Below are positions 1 to 9,618 of a DNA stretch of 64,000 bases, piece after piece. Below the pieces are notes generated by a model. That model ran no database searches and was not told the DNA's origin. It saw only the letters and a program-made list of their open reading frames with translations. The stretch is from Acidobacteriota bacterium. GTDB lineage: Bacteria > Acidobacteriota > UBA6911. Positions within the stretch are counted from its first letter, which is position 1. The number at the start of each line of letters is the position of its first letter. The stretch spans positions 15,588-79,587 of the forward strand of contig JAAYCX010000059.1 of NCBI GenBank assembly GCA_012729555.1, written 5' to 3'. Both the position numbers and the translations under genes were made by a program.

Positions 1-1136
1 GCCGTCAACAGCTCGCTCTGATCGAACCGGCAGTGCCCGTACCGCACAACCGGGATGTTCAGGTGCCGCAGCAGGGACCCGGCGATCAGCGTCTTGAGGT
101 TGTAGATCGGTTCGTGCCAGTAGGGAACGGTGGGATCGGCCGTGGTATGCAGCGTCACCAGCGGCCCGAGCAGGCTTCCCGAAGTCCGGTATCCCTTCCC
201 CATGGCGACCACGGCCTCGGCGTCGGCATGGAAGCGCGGGATCCTCAGGTTCAGCCGGAAATCGTTTTTCGAGCCCGTGTACCAGCGGCGGCTGTTGTCG
301 TAGGGACGCCCACCCAGCTTGTCGATCGCGTCGTTGGTGGCGAAGATGCCATACCAGAGCACGGCCAGGACCGACTGTGCCGACAGGGGATCCTCGGGAT
401 CGGCCGCGATCCCGGAAACCCTCAAAAGCTGTGACCGGGCCGGGGGATTACGCTCCAACGCCGCGAGCGCGGCCGCCTGCACCGCATCCCAGCGCTCCAT
501 CAGTTCGGCGGGAATGTGCTCCGGCGTCGGAGCCTCCCCCGAATCGGTGAACGACGCAAGCACTCCGGGGAAGAAATAGTTGAACAACACCAGGAAGTCC
601 CCGAAATAATCGATCTGTTTCCTGAAGTCCCCGACCGGGCCGCACGCTGCAAGGCCGCCGGTGAACACCGGGTTGCGCTCCATGGCAAGGGCGGCCACCA
701 GACCTCCCTCCGACGCCCCGACCATGTAGACGCGGGCCGGGGAAACCCCGGTTTCGCTGATCGACGGAAAGAGCTCCACCAGCACGCGGATATCCTCGAC
801 CGCCTGCGCGATGACCAGGCCGTTGTCGCTGTAGCTGGTGCTGGCGTAGGCATAGCCCATGCCGGTGATGATGCCCGACACCGGGGCCCCGTCGGGCGGC
901 AGGGTATAGTCCACGACCGCCAGTGGTTCCTGCGGGCCGACGTAGCCGTGGGCGAACACCACCAGGTCGCCGTTCCAGTCGTCGGGCACGCAGACAAGAT
1001 AGCTGGCTGGGTTTGCCCCGCCCGCGTCGTAGGTTCCAGTCCTGCACTCGCCCCTCGCTTCGAGGGGGACCAGCATGGACGCCAGAAGCGCCATGCACAC
1101 ACCCGTGATGGTTGTCCTGCGCTTGAGGAACGACAT
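1..1136 (-). CDS. secreted alpha/beta-fold serine hydrolase (C-terminus lies beyond the window start)
   Basis: Absent from the ORF track because it is open at the window edge. My minus-strand translation from ATG at 1136 gives MSFLKRRTTITGVCMALLASMLVPLEA (signal peptide). It continues to ...RVYMVGASEGGLVAALAM, a GxSxG nucleophile elbow. The frame stays open to position 3. Confidence 0.7.
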   Translation of the reverse strand, partial: MSFLKRRTTITGVCMALLASMLVPLEARGECRTGTYDAGGANPASYLVCVPDDWNGDLVVFAHGYVGPQEPLAVVDYTLPPDGAPVSGIITGMGYAYASTSYSDNGLVIAQAVEDIRVLVELFPSISETGVSPARVYMVGASEGGLVAALAMERNPVFTGGLAACGPVGDFRKQIDYFGDFLVLFNYFFPGVLASFTDSGEAPTPEHIPAELMERWDAVQAAALAALERNPPARSQLLRVSGIAADPEDPLSAQSVLAVLWYGIFATNDAIDKLGGRPYDNSRRWYTGSKNDFRLNLRIPRFHADAEAVVAMGKGYRTSGSLLGPLVTLHTTADPTVPYWHEPIYNLKTLIAGSLLRHLNIPVVRYGHCRFDQSELLT

Positions 1137-1429
1137 GATCCCGTCTCCTTTCCCGATCGCGCTCCGCGGGGCACCAAAGCGGGTCCCGCGCGCGCAGAAG
1201 CGCCTTCCGGTCTTCCGGCGCCCGCCTGCAGGAGATCGTGTCAACAAACCGACAGGGAACGCGTGCCTCGAAACGTCGGTCCCGGAGGGCTGGTTCCGTG
1301 GGGGGGAATATGGATCCAATCATAGCACAGGTTATGCGCCAGAGACACATCCGCGGGGAGGGAGTCGGCCGAGCGCGGTTGACGCCCGGTCCGAAGGTGG
1401 ATAAGCTGGGCGCTCCAGGGGGAAACGCC

Positions 1430-3730
1430 ATGAACGACGGAAACAGGGCCGAAGAACCGGGGGTGGAAGTCAAAAAGACGCTGTGCTGGCCCTCCCCGGG
1501 CTGCCACTGCAACTGCGGCCTGCTCGTCAAGGTCCGGGGCAACCGGATCCTCGACATCAGGGGAAACCCCGATTTCCCTTACAACCGCGGGGCGGTGTGC
1601 GCCGAGCGGGTGCCCCACTTCGTCCAATGGCTGGAGCACCCGGACCAGCTGATGCACCCGCTCAAACGGCGGGGGGAGCGGGGGGAGAACCGCTGGGAGC
1701 GGGTCTCCTGGGACCAGGCGCTCGACGAGATCGCGGCCCGCCTCGAGGATCTCAAGGCCCGGTACGGCGCCGAATGCCTCTCCACCATCGAGGGGACCTA
1801 CCGTTCCGACTTCTACCCGATCCGCGCCCGGTTCCTGAACCTGTTCGGCAACCCCGGCAACGTGGGGGCCGCGGGGACCGCCTGCGCCTGCAACAAGGTC
1901 GCCCTCTCCTTCGCCCTGGCGGGGACGACCATCCCCTGCGTCCTGGCCCCCCCGATCAAGCGCCTCAACTGCCTGGTGCTGCTCGGGAGGGACTACTGGG
2001 ACTCAAACCCCGTGCGGCGCCGCCCCATGAGGAAATGGCGCGAACAGAACCCCGGCGCGAAGCTCATCGTCGTCGACCCGCGCCGGACGGAGATGGCGAA
2101 GATGGCCGACATGTGGCTCCAGATCCGCCCCGGCACCGACACGGCCCTGCTCCTGGCCTGGATGCACGTGATCATCGAGCGCGGCCTCTGCGACCATGAA
2201 TTCGTGGAGCGATGGACCCACGGCTTCGACCGGCTGAAGGAGCGCGCCGCGGAGTACCCGCCCGAACGGGCGGCCGCGATCACCTGGATCCCGCCCGAAC
2301 AGATCGTCGCCTCGGCCGTCGCCTATGCCGAACACGGGCCCGCCTGCATCATGAGCGGCCTGGCCCCCGATCAGCTGGGGCGCAACGCCACGCGGGTCGA
2401 GCAGGCCAAGCTCTGCCTGCACGCGATAACGGGGAATATGCGGGGAACGGCGCCCGGGCTGGCCCCCGAGGGCCCCGGGCCGCTGATCGACGGGGTCATG
2501 GCCGTGCGCGACTCCATGCTGCAGATGGCCGAACGCTGCTCCCCCCGGCAGCGCGCCCGGCAACTGGGAAGCGACCGGTTCAAACTGATGACCTGGCCCG
2601 CCTGGGAGCGGATGAACGCGCTCTACGAGGAGACCTACGGCGTCCCCCTGCCGATGAGCGGCCACAGCTTCACGGCCCCGGAGCCCGCCATCTGGCGCAG
2701 CATCGTCGCCGGCGCACCCTACCCGACCAGGGCCCTCATCACCTGGGGGAGTAACCCCCTGCTCAACGCCGCCAACACCAAAATGGTTTACCGGGCGCTG
2801 AAAAGCCCCAACCTGGATCTGCACGTGGTGCTCGAGCACTTCATGACGCCGACGGCGATGCTGGCCGACTACGTGCTTCCGGCGGCGAGCAAGCTGGAGC
2901 GCGGAACGCTGTCGACGATGGAGGATTTCACGAGCGTGCTGGTCGCCGCCGAGCGCGCCGTGGCCCCGCTCGGCGAGCGCAGGACCGACTACCATTTCTT
3001 CCGCGAACTCGCCCTCCGCCTCGGTTTCGGCGAACACTTCCCGTGGCGGACGGAGGAAGAACTGTACGACTGGCGCCTCGCGCCGCTCGGCATCACCTTC
3101 AAGGAAGCGGCCACGAAAAGGTATGTCATCACGAGTTCGAAACCCTGGACCCACGAAACGATCAATCCGCGCACGGGGAAACCAACCGGGTTCGCGACGC
3201 GGAGCGGGAAGTTCGAGCTCTGCTCGAACCTGCTGGAGGAACTGGGCTACGACCCCCTCCCCTGCTACGAGGAGCCCCCCGAAAGCCCCGTCCGCACCCC
3301 GGAGATCGCCGCGCAGTACCCCCTCATCCTGATCAACGGGGGGCGGTTTCTGCCCCAGTTCCAGTCCGAGCACCGGCAGCCGGGGATGGGGATGCGCGAG
3401 CAGCACCCCGACCCGCTCGTGGAGATCCACCCGGACACCGCCGGCCGGCTGGGAATCCGGGAGGGGGAATGGGCGACGATCGAGACCCCGCGCGGATCGA
3501 TCGTCATGAAGGCGCGTTTCTCGACCGGGATCGATCCCCGCGTGGTGCACGCGGAGCACTGCTGGTGGTTCCCGGAGCAGCCGGGGGCGGAACCTTCTCT
3601 TCACGGCCTCTGGCAGTCGAACGTGAACGTGCTGACGACGGACGAGCCCGATGCTTGCGATCCCCTCACCGGCAGCTGGCCCGGCAGGGCCCTGCTGTGC
3701 CGGATGCGGCCGGTCAGTCCCCCGGCGTAG
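1430..3730 (+). CDS. molybdopterin (Mo/W-bisPGD) oxidoreductase family protein, no Tat signal
   Basis: ORF 1238..3730. I moved the start to ATG 1430, which has GGGGGA upstream; the region before it is R/G-rich. The N-terminal Cys cluster is C-x5-C-x-C-x-C-x27-C (LCWPSPGCHCNCG...AVCAERV), an FeS site typical of this family. Length and the C-terminal beta-barrel-like region (EGEWATIETPRGSIVMKA) also fit. Confidence 0.8.
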   Translation: MNDGNRAEEPGVEVKKTLCWPSPGCHCNCGLLVKVRGNRILDIRGNPDFPYNRGAVCAERVPHFVQWLEHPDQLMHPLKRRGERGENRWERVSWDQALDEIAARLEDLKARYGAECLSTIEGTYRSDFYPIRARFLNLFGNPGNVGAAGTACACNKVALSFALAGTTIPCVLAPPIKRLNCLVLLGRDYWDSNPVRRRPMRKWREQNPGAKLIVVDPRRTEMAKMADMWLQIRPGTDTALLLAWMHVIIERGLCDHEFVERWTHGFDRLKERAAEYPPERAAAITWIPPEQIVASAVAYAEHGPACIMSGLAPDQLGRNATRVEQAKLCLHAITGNMRGTAPGLAPEGPGPLIDGVMAVRDSMLQMAERCSPRQRARQLGSDRFKLMTWPAWERMNALYEETYGVPLPMSGHSFTAPEPAIWRSIVAGAPYPTRALITWGSNPLLNAANTKMVYRALKSPNLDLHVVLEHFMTPTAMLADYVLPAASKLERGTLSTMEDFTSVLVAAERAVAPLGERRTDYHFFRELALRLGFGEHFPWRTEEELYDWRLAPLGITFKEAATKRYVITSSKPWTHETINPRTGKPTGFATRSGKFELCSNLLEELGYDPLPCYEEPPESPVRTPEIAAQYPLILINGGRFLPQFQSEHRQPGMGMREQHPDPLVEIHPDTAGRLGIREGEWATIETPRGSIVMKARFSTGIDPRVVHAEHCWWFPEQPGAEPSLHGLWQSNVNVLTTDEPDACDPLTGSWPGRALLCRMRPVSPPA

Positions 3731-4913
3731 AACTCACGGCGCCCTTCCGCTCCAGCTCCCCGATGGCGGCAGGGCCGTACCCGAGTTCGAGGAGGATGCG
3801 CCCGGTGTGCTCCCCGACGAGGGGGGGCGGGCCCGATTTTTCGGCGTCCAGGCCATGGTAGCGGACCGCGGAACCGACGTACCGCGCCTTCCCCGCGACG
3901 GGGTGTTCCACCTCCTCGGTAACGCCCAGGTGAACGACCTGCGGGTCCTCCAGAACTTCCCCGATGGTGTACAGGGGGCTCGAAGGGACGTCCTTCGCCC
4001 CGAGCAGACGCAGCCATTCGGCCCGCGTCCGGGTGGCGAAAACGGCGGCGATCTCCTTTTCCAGGACCTCGAAGTTCCTGCGGCGGTCGTCCCGCGTCCT
4101 GAACCTGGGATCCTCGGCAAGATCGGTCCGTTCGATCGCCTCGAGCAGCGCCAGCCAGAATTTTTCCGGGACCGAGCAGTGGATGGCCAGCGGCAGGTTG
4201 TCCTTGGCCACGACCGCGAAGGCGTGCCCGTTTTTGACCCGGTCGATCCGGTTGGGCACCGTACCGGTCTTGTAGTAGGTGGCCGCGGCCTCCCCGATGA
4301 AGGAGAGGGTCGCCTGGAGCAGGGAGGTTTCCACCCTGCACCCCTTCCCCGTCTTCTGCCGCGCCATCAGGGCGCCCAGGAGCCCGTACCCCGCCGAAAA
4401 GCCGGTGACGTAGTCGCTCAGGGCGATGCCGGGGATCTTCGGGTCGAGGGGATCGGCCAGCAGGCCCATCAGGCCGCTCATCGCCTGGCCGAGGGTATCG
4501 AAGCCGGGTTTTTTCGCGTCGGGCCCCGACCGGCCGAAAGCCGATATCGAGCAGTAAACGAGGCGGGGGTTCAGGGCCGAGAGCGCCTCGTATCCCAGGC
4601 CGAGGCGGTCGGCCACCCCGGGGCGGAAGTTCTCGACGAACACGTCGGCCCGGCTCACCAGGTCGAGACACGCCTTCTTCCCCTCCTCCGATTTCAGGTC
4701 GAGGGCGATGCTCTCCTTGTTCCGGTTCAGGTGCGCGAAATTGGCGCTGAAGTGCGGACCGGGGGCGAAATGCCGGTAGGGGTCCCCCGAAGGCGGCGAT
4801 TCGATCTTGATCACCCGCGCTCCCAGGTCGGCCAGCAACGACGTCGCGTAGGGTCCGGTGACGTAGGTGGCGCACTCGACGACGGTGATGTCTTCCAGAA
4901 CGGCAACGCGCAT
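3714..4913 (-). CDS. family III CoA-transferase (CaiB/BaiF type)
   Basis: ORF 3714..4919. The N-terminus RVAVLEDITVVECATYVTGPYATSLLADLGARVIKIE is typical of the family. GAGGAGG abuts the first ATG, so the second ATG (4913, 6-nt spacer) is preferred. Its 3' end overlaps the convergent Mo-enzyme gene by 17 nt. Confidence 0.8.
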   Translation of the reverse strand: MRVAVLEDITVVECATYVTGPYATSLLADLGARVIKIESPPSGDPYRHFAPGPHFSANFAHLNRNKESIALDLKSEEGKKACLDLVSRADVFVENFRPGVADRLGLGYEALSALNPRLVYCSISAFGRSGPDAKKPGFDTLGQAMSGLMGLLADPLDPKIPGIALSDYVTGFSAGYGLLGALMARQKTGKGCRVETSLLQATLSFIGEAAATYYKTGTVPNRIDRVKNGHAFAVVAKDNLPLAIHCSVPEKFWLALLEAIERTDLAEDPRFRTRDDRRRNFEVLEKEIAAVFATRTRAEWLRLLGAKDVPSSPLYTIGEVLEDPQVVHLGVTEEVEHPVAGKARYVGSAVRYHGLDAEKSGPPPLVGEHTGRILLELGYGPAAIGELERKGAVSSTPGD

Positions 4914-5039
4914 TCCCATCCTCCTCGGGTCAGAAGCCCTGTCGGTTCAGCCGCCCGAGCGGCGCCAGACCCCGTCGGGCAAAAGGGGGGAATTATAGCG
5001 GATCGCCCCCCCACCCGACAAGGGCGGGGCCAAGACCGG

Positions 5040-5068
5040 TTGAACAAACGGTCGGGTTGGGTTACAGT
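5040..5068 (+). promoter_or_regulatory. sigma70-type promoter upstream of the DHS-like gene
   Basis: TTGAAC (5040..5045), a 17-nt spacer, then TACAGT (5063..5068). This implies a leader of about 170 nt before ATG 5246. Confidence 0.4.
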
Positions 5069-5245
5069 CCCCGTAGCGGGCCGTTCGGGCGTCCTTTCTC
5101 CAGGATGACGGCAACGGTTTGGGCCATTCACCGCAGTTCGGCTCCCCCGCTGACCCACCGGTCCCATGACCTTTTCAGAGCATCCGGCCCGGCGGCTTTT
5201 CAGGAAACCAAACTCACCCCGGTGAACCCTCACGAGGAGATTTCG

Positions 5246-6238
5246 ATGCATGACGGCAACCATTCCGGCTTTCCCCCGGTAAAGACCTTCCTCAGGCATA
5301 ACTACCGCCACTTCAATTCCGCCGTCCTGGTGGACGCCGCCGAGGCCTACGCCGACCATATCCGCGGCGGCGGAAAGATGATGCTGGCGCTGGCGGGCGC
5401 CATGAGCACGGCCGAACTCGGCATCACCCTGGCCGCCATGATCCGCGGCGGCAAGGTGCATGCGGTGTCCTGCACCGGAGCAAACCTGGAGGAGGATCTC
5501 TTCAACCTGGTCGCCCATGATCAATACCGGCGGTTGCCCCATTACAGGGATCTGAAGCCGGAGGAGGAACTAGCGCTCTTCCGCGACAAAATGAGCCGGG
5601 TCACGGACACCTGCATTCCCGAAGATGAGGCCATGAGGAAGGTCGAGGGGGTAGTTTTCGATTTCTGGAAAAAAGCGGAGGATGAGGGCCGCCGGTGCTT
5701 CCCCCCTGAATTCATCCTGGACGTCATCCGGAGCCGGGCCCTCGCGCCTCATTACCAGATCGATGAGGCTGATTCCTGGCTGGTGGCCGCCTGTGAAAAG
5801 GGGATTCCCATCTTCGTCCCCGGGTGGGAGGATTCCACGCTCGGCAACTTCTTCGTCTCCTGCGTCCGCGGCGGACGACTGAAGGATTATGCGACCGTGA
5901 AATCGGGGCTGGAAACGATGGAGGCGCTGGTCGACTGGTACCTGGCGGAGTCGGCCTCCGGGGAGATGGGCTTTTTCCAGATCGGCGGGGGCATCGCCGG
6001 GGATTTTGCCATCTGCGTCGTACCCCTGATCCGGCAGGATCTCAGGATGGACTGTCGGCTGTGGTCCTACTTCTGCCAGGTTTCCGACAGCACCACCTCG
6101 TACGGCTCCTACAGCGGCGCCGTCCCCAACGAGAAGATCACCTGGGGGAAGCTGGGCGTCGATTCGCGGAGGTACATCATAGAAAGCGACGCGACGATCG
6201 TGGCCCCCCTGGTCTTCGCATATGTTCTCGCCGGTTGA
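5246..6238 (+). CDS. deoxyhypusine synthase-like protein
   Basis: ORF 5057..6238. I moved the start to ATG 5246, which has GAGGAGA 5 nt upstream. DHS-family landmarks are AGAMSTAELG, VSCTGANLEEDLF, GWEDSTLGN, QIGGGIAGDF and SGAVPNEKITWGKL. The Lys in the GGGxxK motif appears to be replaced (see findings). Confidence 0.7.
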   Translation: MHDGNHSGFPPVKTFLRHNYRHFNSAVLVDAAEAYADHIRGGGKMMLALAGAMSTAELGITLAAMIRGGKVHAVSCTGANLEEDLFNLVAHDQYRRLPHYRDLKPEEELALFRDKMSRVTDTCIPEDEAMRKVEGVVFDFWKKAEDEGRRCFPPEFILDVIRSRALAPHYQIDEADSWLVAACEKGIPIFVPGWEDSTLGNFFVSCVRGGRLKDYATVKSGLETMEALVDWYLAESASGEMGFFQIGGGIAGDFAICVVPLIRQDLRMDCRLWSYFCQVSDSTTSYGSYSGAVPNEKITWGKLGVDSRRYIIESDATIVAPLVFAYVLAG

Positions 6239-6305
6239 TGGCGCGTGGCGCCGCCGATCGAGACCGGGACCCCGGGGAGTCGGCGCCCGCTTGCGCTTGT
6301 CCCGT

Positions 6306-6863
6306 TCATGGAGTGCTGGAGGAGGTGACCACCCCCAGGGTGGAATAGACGTGCTTCCGGATTCCGATAAAGGTCAGGTGGACGTGGCGCTGCTCGAAGG
6401 AAGCGGCCTCCAGGGTCGCAGGCAGGCCATCGCCGTCGAACTCCACCCCGTCCCTGTCGATCCATTCCACGTAGAAATGGGCCGGGATCTCATTTTCGTA
6501 AATGGAACCGGAGAGCGCGGCGCTGGCGACGAAGGAATCCGCCCCCGGCAGGTTTCTCACTTCAATGAAGTTATCCTGCCCCCCGGGCCCGATCTCCCAC
6601 CGGTAATACTCTTGCCCGTTATAAACGACGAGAGCGCCCGACCGGAGCGCGCCGACGTAACTCCCGGATTCGGGGTCGCCCGGGCGGCCGTCGTCCGTCG
6701 TCCGCTCGAAGGTGAAGGTCAGCTCGAACGGGTGACCGCTGAGGTAGAGGAATTCCCCATCCATCTCATGCACGGTACCCCTGAAACTGAAGGTCACCTC
6801 CTCGCCGCGAGCGGAAGCCCCCAGCAAAAAAGTCATCGCAAACAAGCCCAGAAGCTTCTCCAT
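6306..6863 (-). CDS. secreted hypothetical protein
   Basis: Has a signal peptide (MEKLLGLFAMTFLLGASARG) and GGAGGGAGG upstream of the ATG. Codon usage is coherent. I recognised no family. Confidence 0.6.
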   Translation of the reverse strand: MEKLLGLFAMTFLLGASARGEEVTFSFRGTVHEMDGEFLYLSGHPFELTFTFERTTDDGRPGDPESGSYVGALRSGALVVYNGQEYYRWEIGPGGQDNFIEVRNLPGADSFVASAALSGSIYENEIPAHFYVEWIDRDGVEFDGDGLPATLEAASFEQRHVHLTFIGIRKHVYSTLGVVTSSSTP

Positions 6864-7114
6864 GACCGACCTCCCTCCGCCCGGGCGTCCGCGCCCGGAA
6901 AGACCCCGTCGTCACGTAAGCCCGATGACATTATGACCCGAAACCCTGCGCCCCGGAATGGCCATTCTTCCCGGCGGGCGGGGAATCCGCAAAAACCGTC
7001 CGCATCCGCCAATAACGAATTTGCATTCCGGGGCCGAAATGCCCTACCATAGAGGGACGTCTTCGGAAAACACCGGGGCGATCACTCATCCACGGCAGCG
7101 GTTCGGAGGGATTC

Positions 7115-8017
7115 ATGCCAGGAAAAGGAACGACGCTTACATTGATCACCCTTGGGTGCGTGTTGTTTTTGATGAAGCCGACCGGCTCCAGGGCGGGAAA
7201 CGAGGAAGCCCTCAACCCCAAAAACCTGGTCGCTGCACACGTCCGATCGCTCGGGGATCCCGAGACCGTGGCGAAGAAGCAGTCCCGGACCTTCATCGGC
7301 ACTTCCGAGGTGAAGCTGATCCAGGGCGGCAACTGGACCCTCAAGGGCAATTCCATGTTCCTGTCCCAGGGGCCCAGCCTGGGAATCGTGCTCAGCTACG
7401 GGGACGTCAATTACCCCGGGGAGTATTTCGCCTACGACGGCGAGAGCGTCACGGTGAAGCATATCAGCCCGGGCCGGAAGTCCCCCGTTGCCGACTTCCT
7501 CTATCGTTTCGACACCATCATGAAACAGGGACTGCTCGGCGGGGCGCTTTCCGCCTCCTGGCAGCTGTTGTTCGAGGCCCGGACCGCGGACGCACAAATG
7601 AAGAGCCGCAGGGTTGAACTCGAAGGACGCGAACTGTACGCGCTCGAATACCGTCCCAGAAACAACGTCGGCAACATGAAGGTCGAGATGTTTTTCGAGC
7701 CCGACACGTTCCGGCACGTGCGCACGGAATACCGGGTCCAGGACAGGGACGACGCGACGGTGGGATACAACTACCTCGAATCCGCCATGACCCACATCGG
7801 GGACATCGGCAGGGCGCGCGAGGATTCCTATTACAGGCTGGTCGAAAAATTCGACGACTACCGCAAGGTTGGGGGCATGATCCTTCCCCACCGCTATGTT
7901 CTGGAATACTCCCAGGAGGGGGGCGCCGGATCCTTCATCGCCCACTGGACCATGAACGCCCGGGTGTGGGCCTTCAATCCTGTCCTGGACGAGAAGCTGT
8001 TCCAGGCCGAAAAATAA
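7115..8017 (+). CDS. secreted hypothetical protein
   Basis: Has a signal peptide (LTLITLGCVLFLMKPTGSRA) and a GGAGGG ribosome-binding site. The composition is non-repetitive. No family recognised. Confidence 0.6.
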   Translation: MPGKGTTLTLITLGCVLFLMKPTGSRAGNEEALNPKNLVAAHVRSLGDPETVAKKQSRTFIGTSEVKLIQGGNWTLKGNSMFLSQGPSLGIVLSYGDVNYPGEYFAYDGESVTVKHISPGRKSPVADFLYRFDTIMKQGLLGGALSASWQLLFEARTADAQMKSRRVELEGRELYALEYRPRNNVGNMKVEMFFEPDTFRHVRTEYRVQDRDDATVGYNYLESAMTHIGDIGRAREDSYYRLVEKFDDYRKVGGMILPHRYVLEYSQEGGAGSFIAHWTMNARVWAFNPVLDEKLFQAEK

Positions 8018-8044
8018 CCACAGGGTCCGCACCCGGCAATCAGG

Positions 8045-8719
8045 ATGAACCCTCCCCTCGTTGTATACGGAAGCAGAATGCTGGCGGCCATGCTCTATTA
8101 CGACGCCTGCCGGCACCCTGACTTCAACATCGCCGCCTTCGCCCAGGACGAGGGCTACCTCGATCCTTCGGGCCGCTGCCTGGGCCTGCCTCAAGTCCCC
8201 CTGTCGGAGGTCACCCGACTCTACCCGCCCCGCTGCCACGACATGATCGTTCTGACCGCCTCGTACCACGACATGCGCCGCCGTGACGGTCTCTACCTGA
8301 AGGCCAAGGCCCTGGGCTACCGCCTGCGCAGCTATATCAGCCCCTCGGCCATCGTGTCCCCCGGGGTGGAAATGGGGGAGAACAATTTCATCTGCGAGCA
8401 GGTTTTTCTGGGCGCCGGGGGGACTCTCGGCTCCTGCAACACCATCCGGCAGCAGGTCTACATCGGCCATGATTTCCACCTGGGAGACCATAACGTGATC
8501 ACCCCCGGATGCAAGATCGGCGGCCAGTGCCGCATGGAAAACAACTGTTACATCGGCATCGGCGCGACCATCCGCAACGGCGTGAGGATCGCGGAGGAGA
8601 GCCTGGTGGGCGCCGGAAGCCTCGTCCTCAGGGATACGGAGCCCTACTCCAGGAACGTCGGTCATCCCGCCCGCGTTATCGGCTACCACCGGGAAGAGGG
8701 GCTGGGAGTGAAACTGTGA
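8045..8719 (+). CDS. left-handed beta-helix (hexapeptide-repeat) acyltransferase, NeuD/PglD-like
   Basis: The C-terminal half shows hexapeptide periodicity (VEMGENNFICEQVFLGAGGTLGSCNTIRQQVYIGHDFHLGDHNVITPGCKIGGQCRMENNCYIGIGATIRNGVRIAEESLVGAGSLV). A small Rossmann-like N-domain precedes it. Confidence 0.75.
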   Translation: MNPPLVVYGSRMLAAMLYYDACRHPDFNIAAFAQDEGYLDPSGRCLGLPQVPLSEVTRLYPPRCHDMIVLTASYHDMRRRDGLYLKAKALGYRLRSYISPSAIVSPGVEMGENNFICEQVFLGAGGTLGSCNTIRQQVYIGHDFHLGDHNVITPGCKIGGQCRMENNCYIGIGATIRNGVRIAEESLVGAGSLVLRDTEPYSRNVGHPARVIGYHREEGLGVKL

Positions 8720-9618
8720 CGGGCAAAATCATCGTGAATTTCACTCCCACCGGAATGCTCCCCCGGAAACGGGAGACCCCGCACGTCCCGATCTCCCCCG
8801 CGGAAATCGTCCGCGACGTGCACTCCGCCTGCCGCCTGGGCATATCCATGGTGCACCTGCACGCCCGGAACAGCGACGAGACCCCCGGCTATCAAAAGGA
8901 AATCTACGGGGAAATGATCGCCGGCATCCGCGCTTTCGCCCCGGAGCTGGTGATCTGCGTATCCACCTCGGGACGGGTGCACAACACCCTGGCCGCACGT
9001 TCGGAGGTGCTGGCGCTCGACGGGCCCCTGAAGCCCGACATGGCGAGCCTCACCCTGAGTTCCTTGAATTTCAACCGGACGGCCAGCGTCAACGAGCCCT
9101 CCATGATCCTGGCGCTTGCCGGAATGATGAAGGAACGCGGCATCCGGCCCGAACTCGAACTCTTCGACGTCGGGATGGTCAACTACTTCAGGTACCTGGT
9201 TAAAAAGGAGCTGATCCGACCCCCCTATTACGCCAACCTGATCCTGGGCAACATCGCCTGCGCCCAGGCCGACCTGCTCCATATCGGCTGCATGATCCGG
9301 GATTTCCCGGAAGGCACCCTCTTCTCCCTCGGAGGGGTGGGCGGCCCCCAGCTGGCCGTGAACTCCCTGGCCATCGCCATGGGCTGGGGGGTGCGGGTCG
9401 GCCTGGAGGACAACTACTGGTATGACGAGGCCCGGACCACCCTGGCGACCAACGACTCCCTGCTCGGCCGGGTCCACAGGATCATCGCCGCCGGGGAAAG
9501 GGAAGTCATGTCTCCCGGGGAATTGAGGTCCCGGCTTGGCCTCGAGCCCGGGCGCGGCCGCTACGGCGCGGCCGCGCCCCCTCCCGCCCCGAAGGTGGAA
9601 AACGGCCATGGACCTTAG
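8716..9618 (+). CDS. beta-keto acid cleavage enzyme family (BKACE / DUF849, 3-keto-5-aminohexanoate cleavage enzyme-like)
   Basis: ORF 8509..9618. The likely start is GTG 8716, overlapping the upstream stop as GTGA. Landmarks are IIVNFTPTG, MVHLHARN (an HxH metal site), ELELFD and GLEDN. Confidence 0.75.
   Translation: MTGKIIVNFTPTGMLPRKRETPHVPISPAEIVRDVHSACRLGISMVHLHARNSDETPGYQKEIYGEMIAGIRAFAPELVICVSTSGRVHNTLAARSEVLALDGPLKPDMASLTLSSLNFNRTASVNEPSMILALAGMMKERGIRPELELFDVGMVNYFRYLVKKELIRPPYYANLILGNIACAQADLLHIGCMIRDFPEGTLFSLGGVGGPQLAVNSLAIAMGWGVRVGLEDNYWYDEARTTLATNDSLLGRVHRIIAAGEREVMSPGELRSRLGLEPGRGRYGAAAPPPAPKVENGHGP

Noticed and set aside
2003-3604. 533-aa minus-strand ORF antisense to the Mo-oxidoreductase gene
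   Set aside because: It is R/G/P/A/H-rich and low-complexity with no motifs, and lies entirely within a well-supported plus-strand gene. This is a typical artefact of stop-codon-poor frames in high-G+C DNA.
5057-5245. Upstream extensions of real genes suggested by the ORF track (for example 5057 for the DHS-like gene, 8509 for BKACE, 9536 for the decarboxylase, 11675 for Hsp33-like, 14426, 34788, 39843, 40762 and 55231)
   Set aside because: The extensions are R/G/P-rich, often overlap the preceding gene in another frame, and lack ribosome-binding sites. Internal ATG/GTG codons with Shine-Dalgarno motifs give N-termini that match family expectations.
7082-8689. 535-aa minus-strand ORF spanning two plus-strand genes
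   Set aside because: It crosses the boundary of two independently supported genes (the secreted protein and the LbH acyltransferase). Its composition is dominated by G/A/V/D/R, and it has no ribosome-binding site or domain signature.
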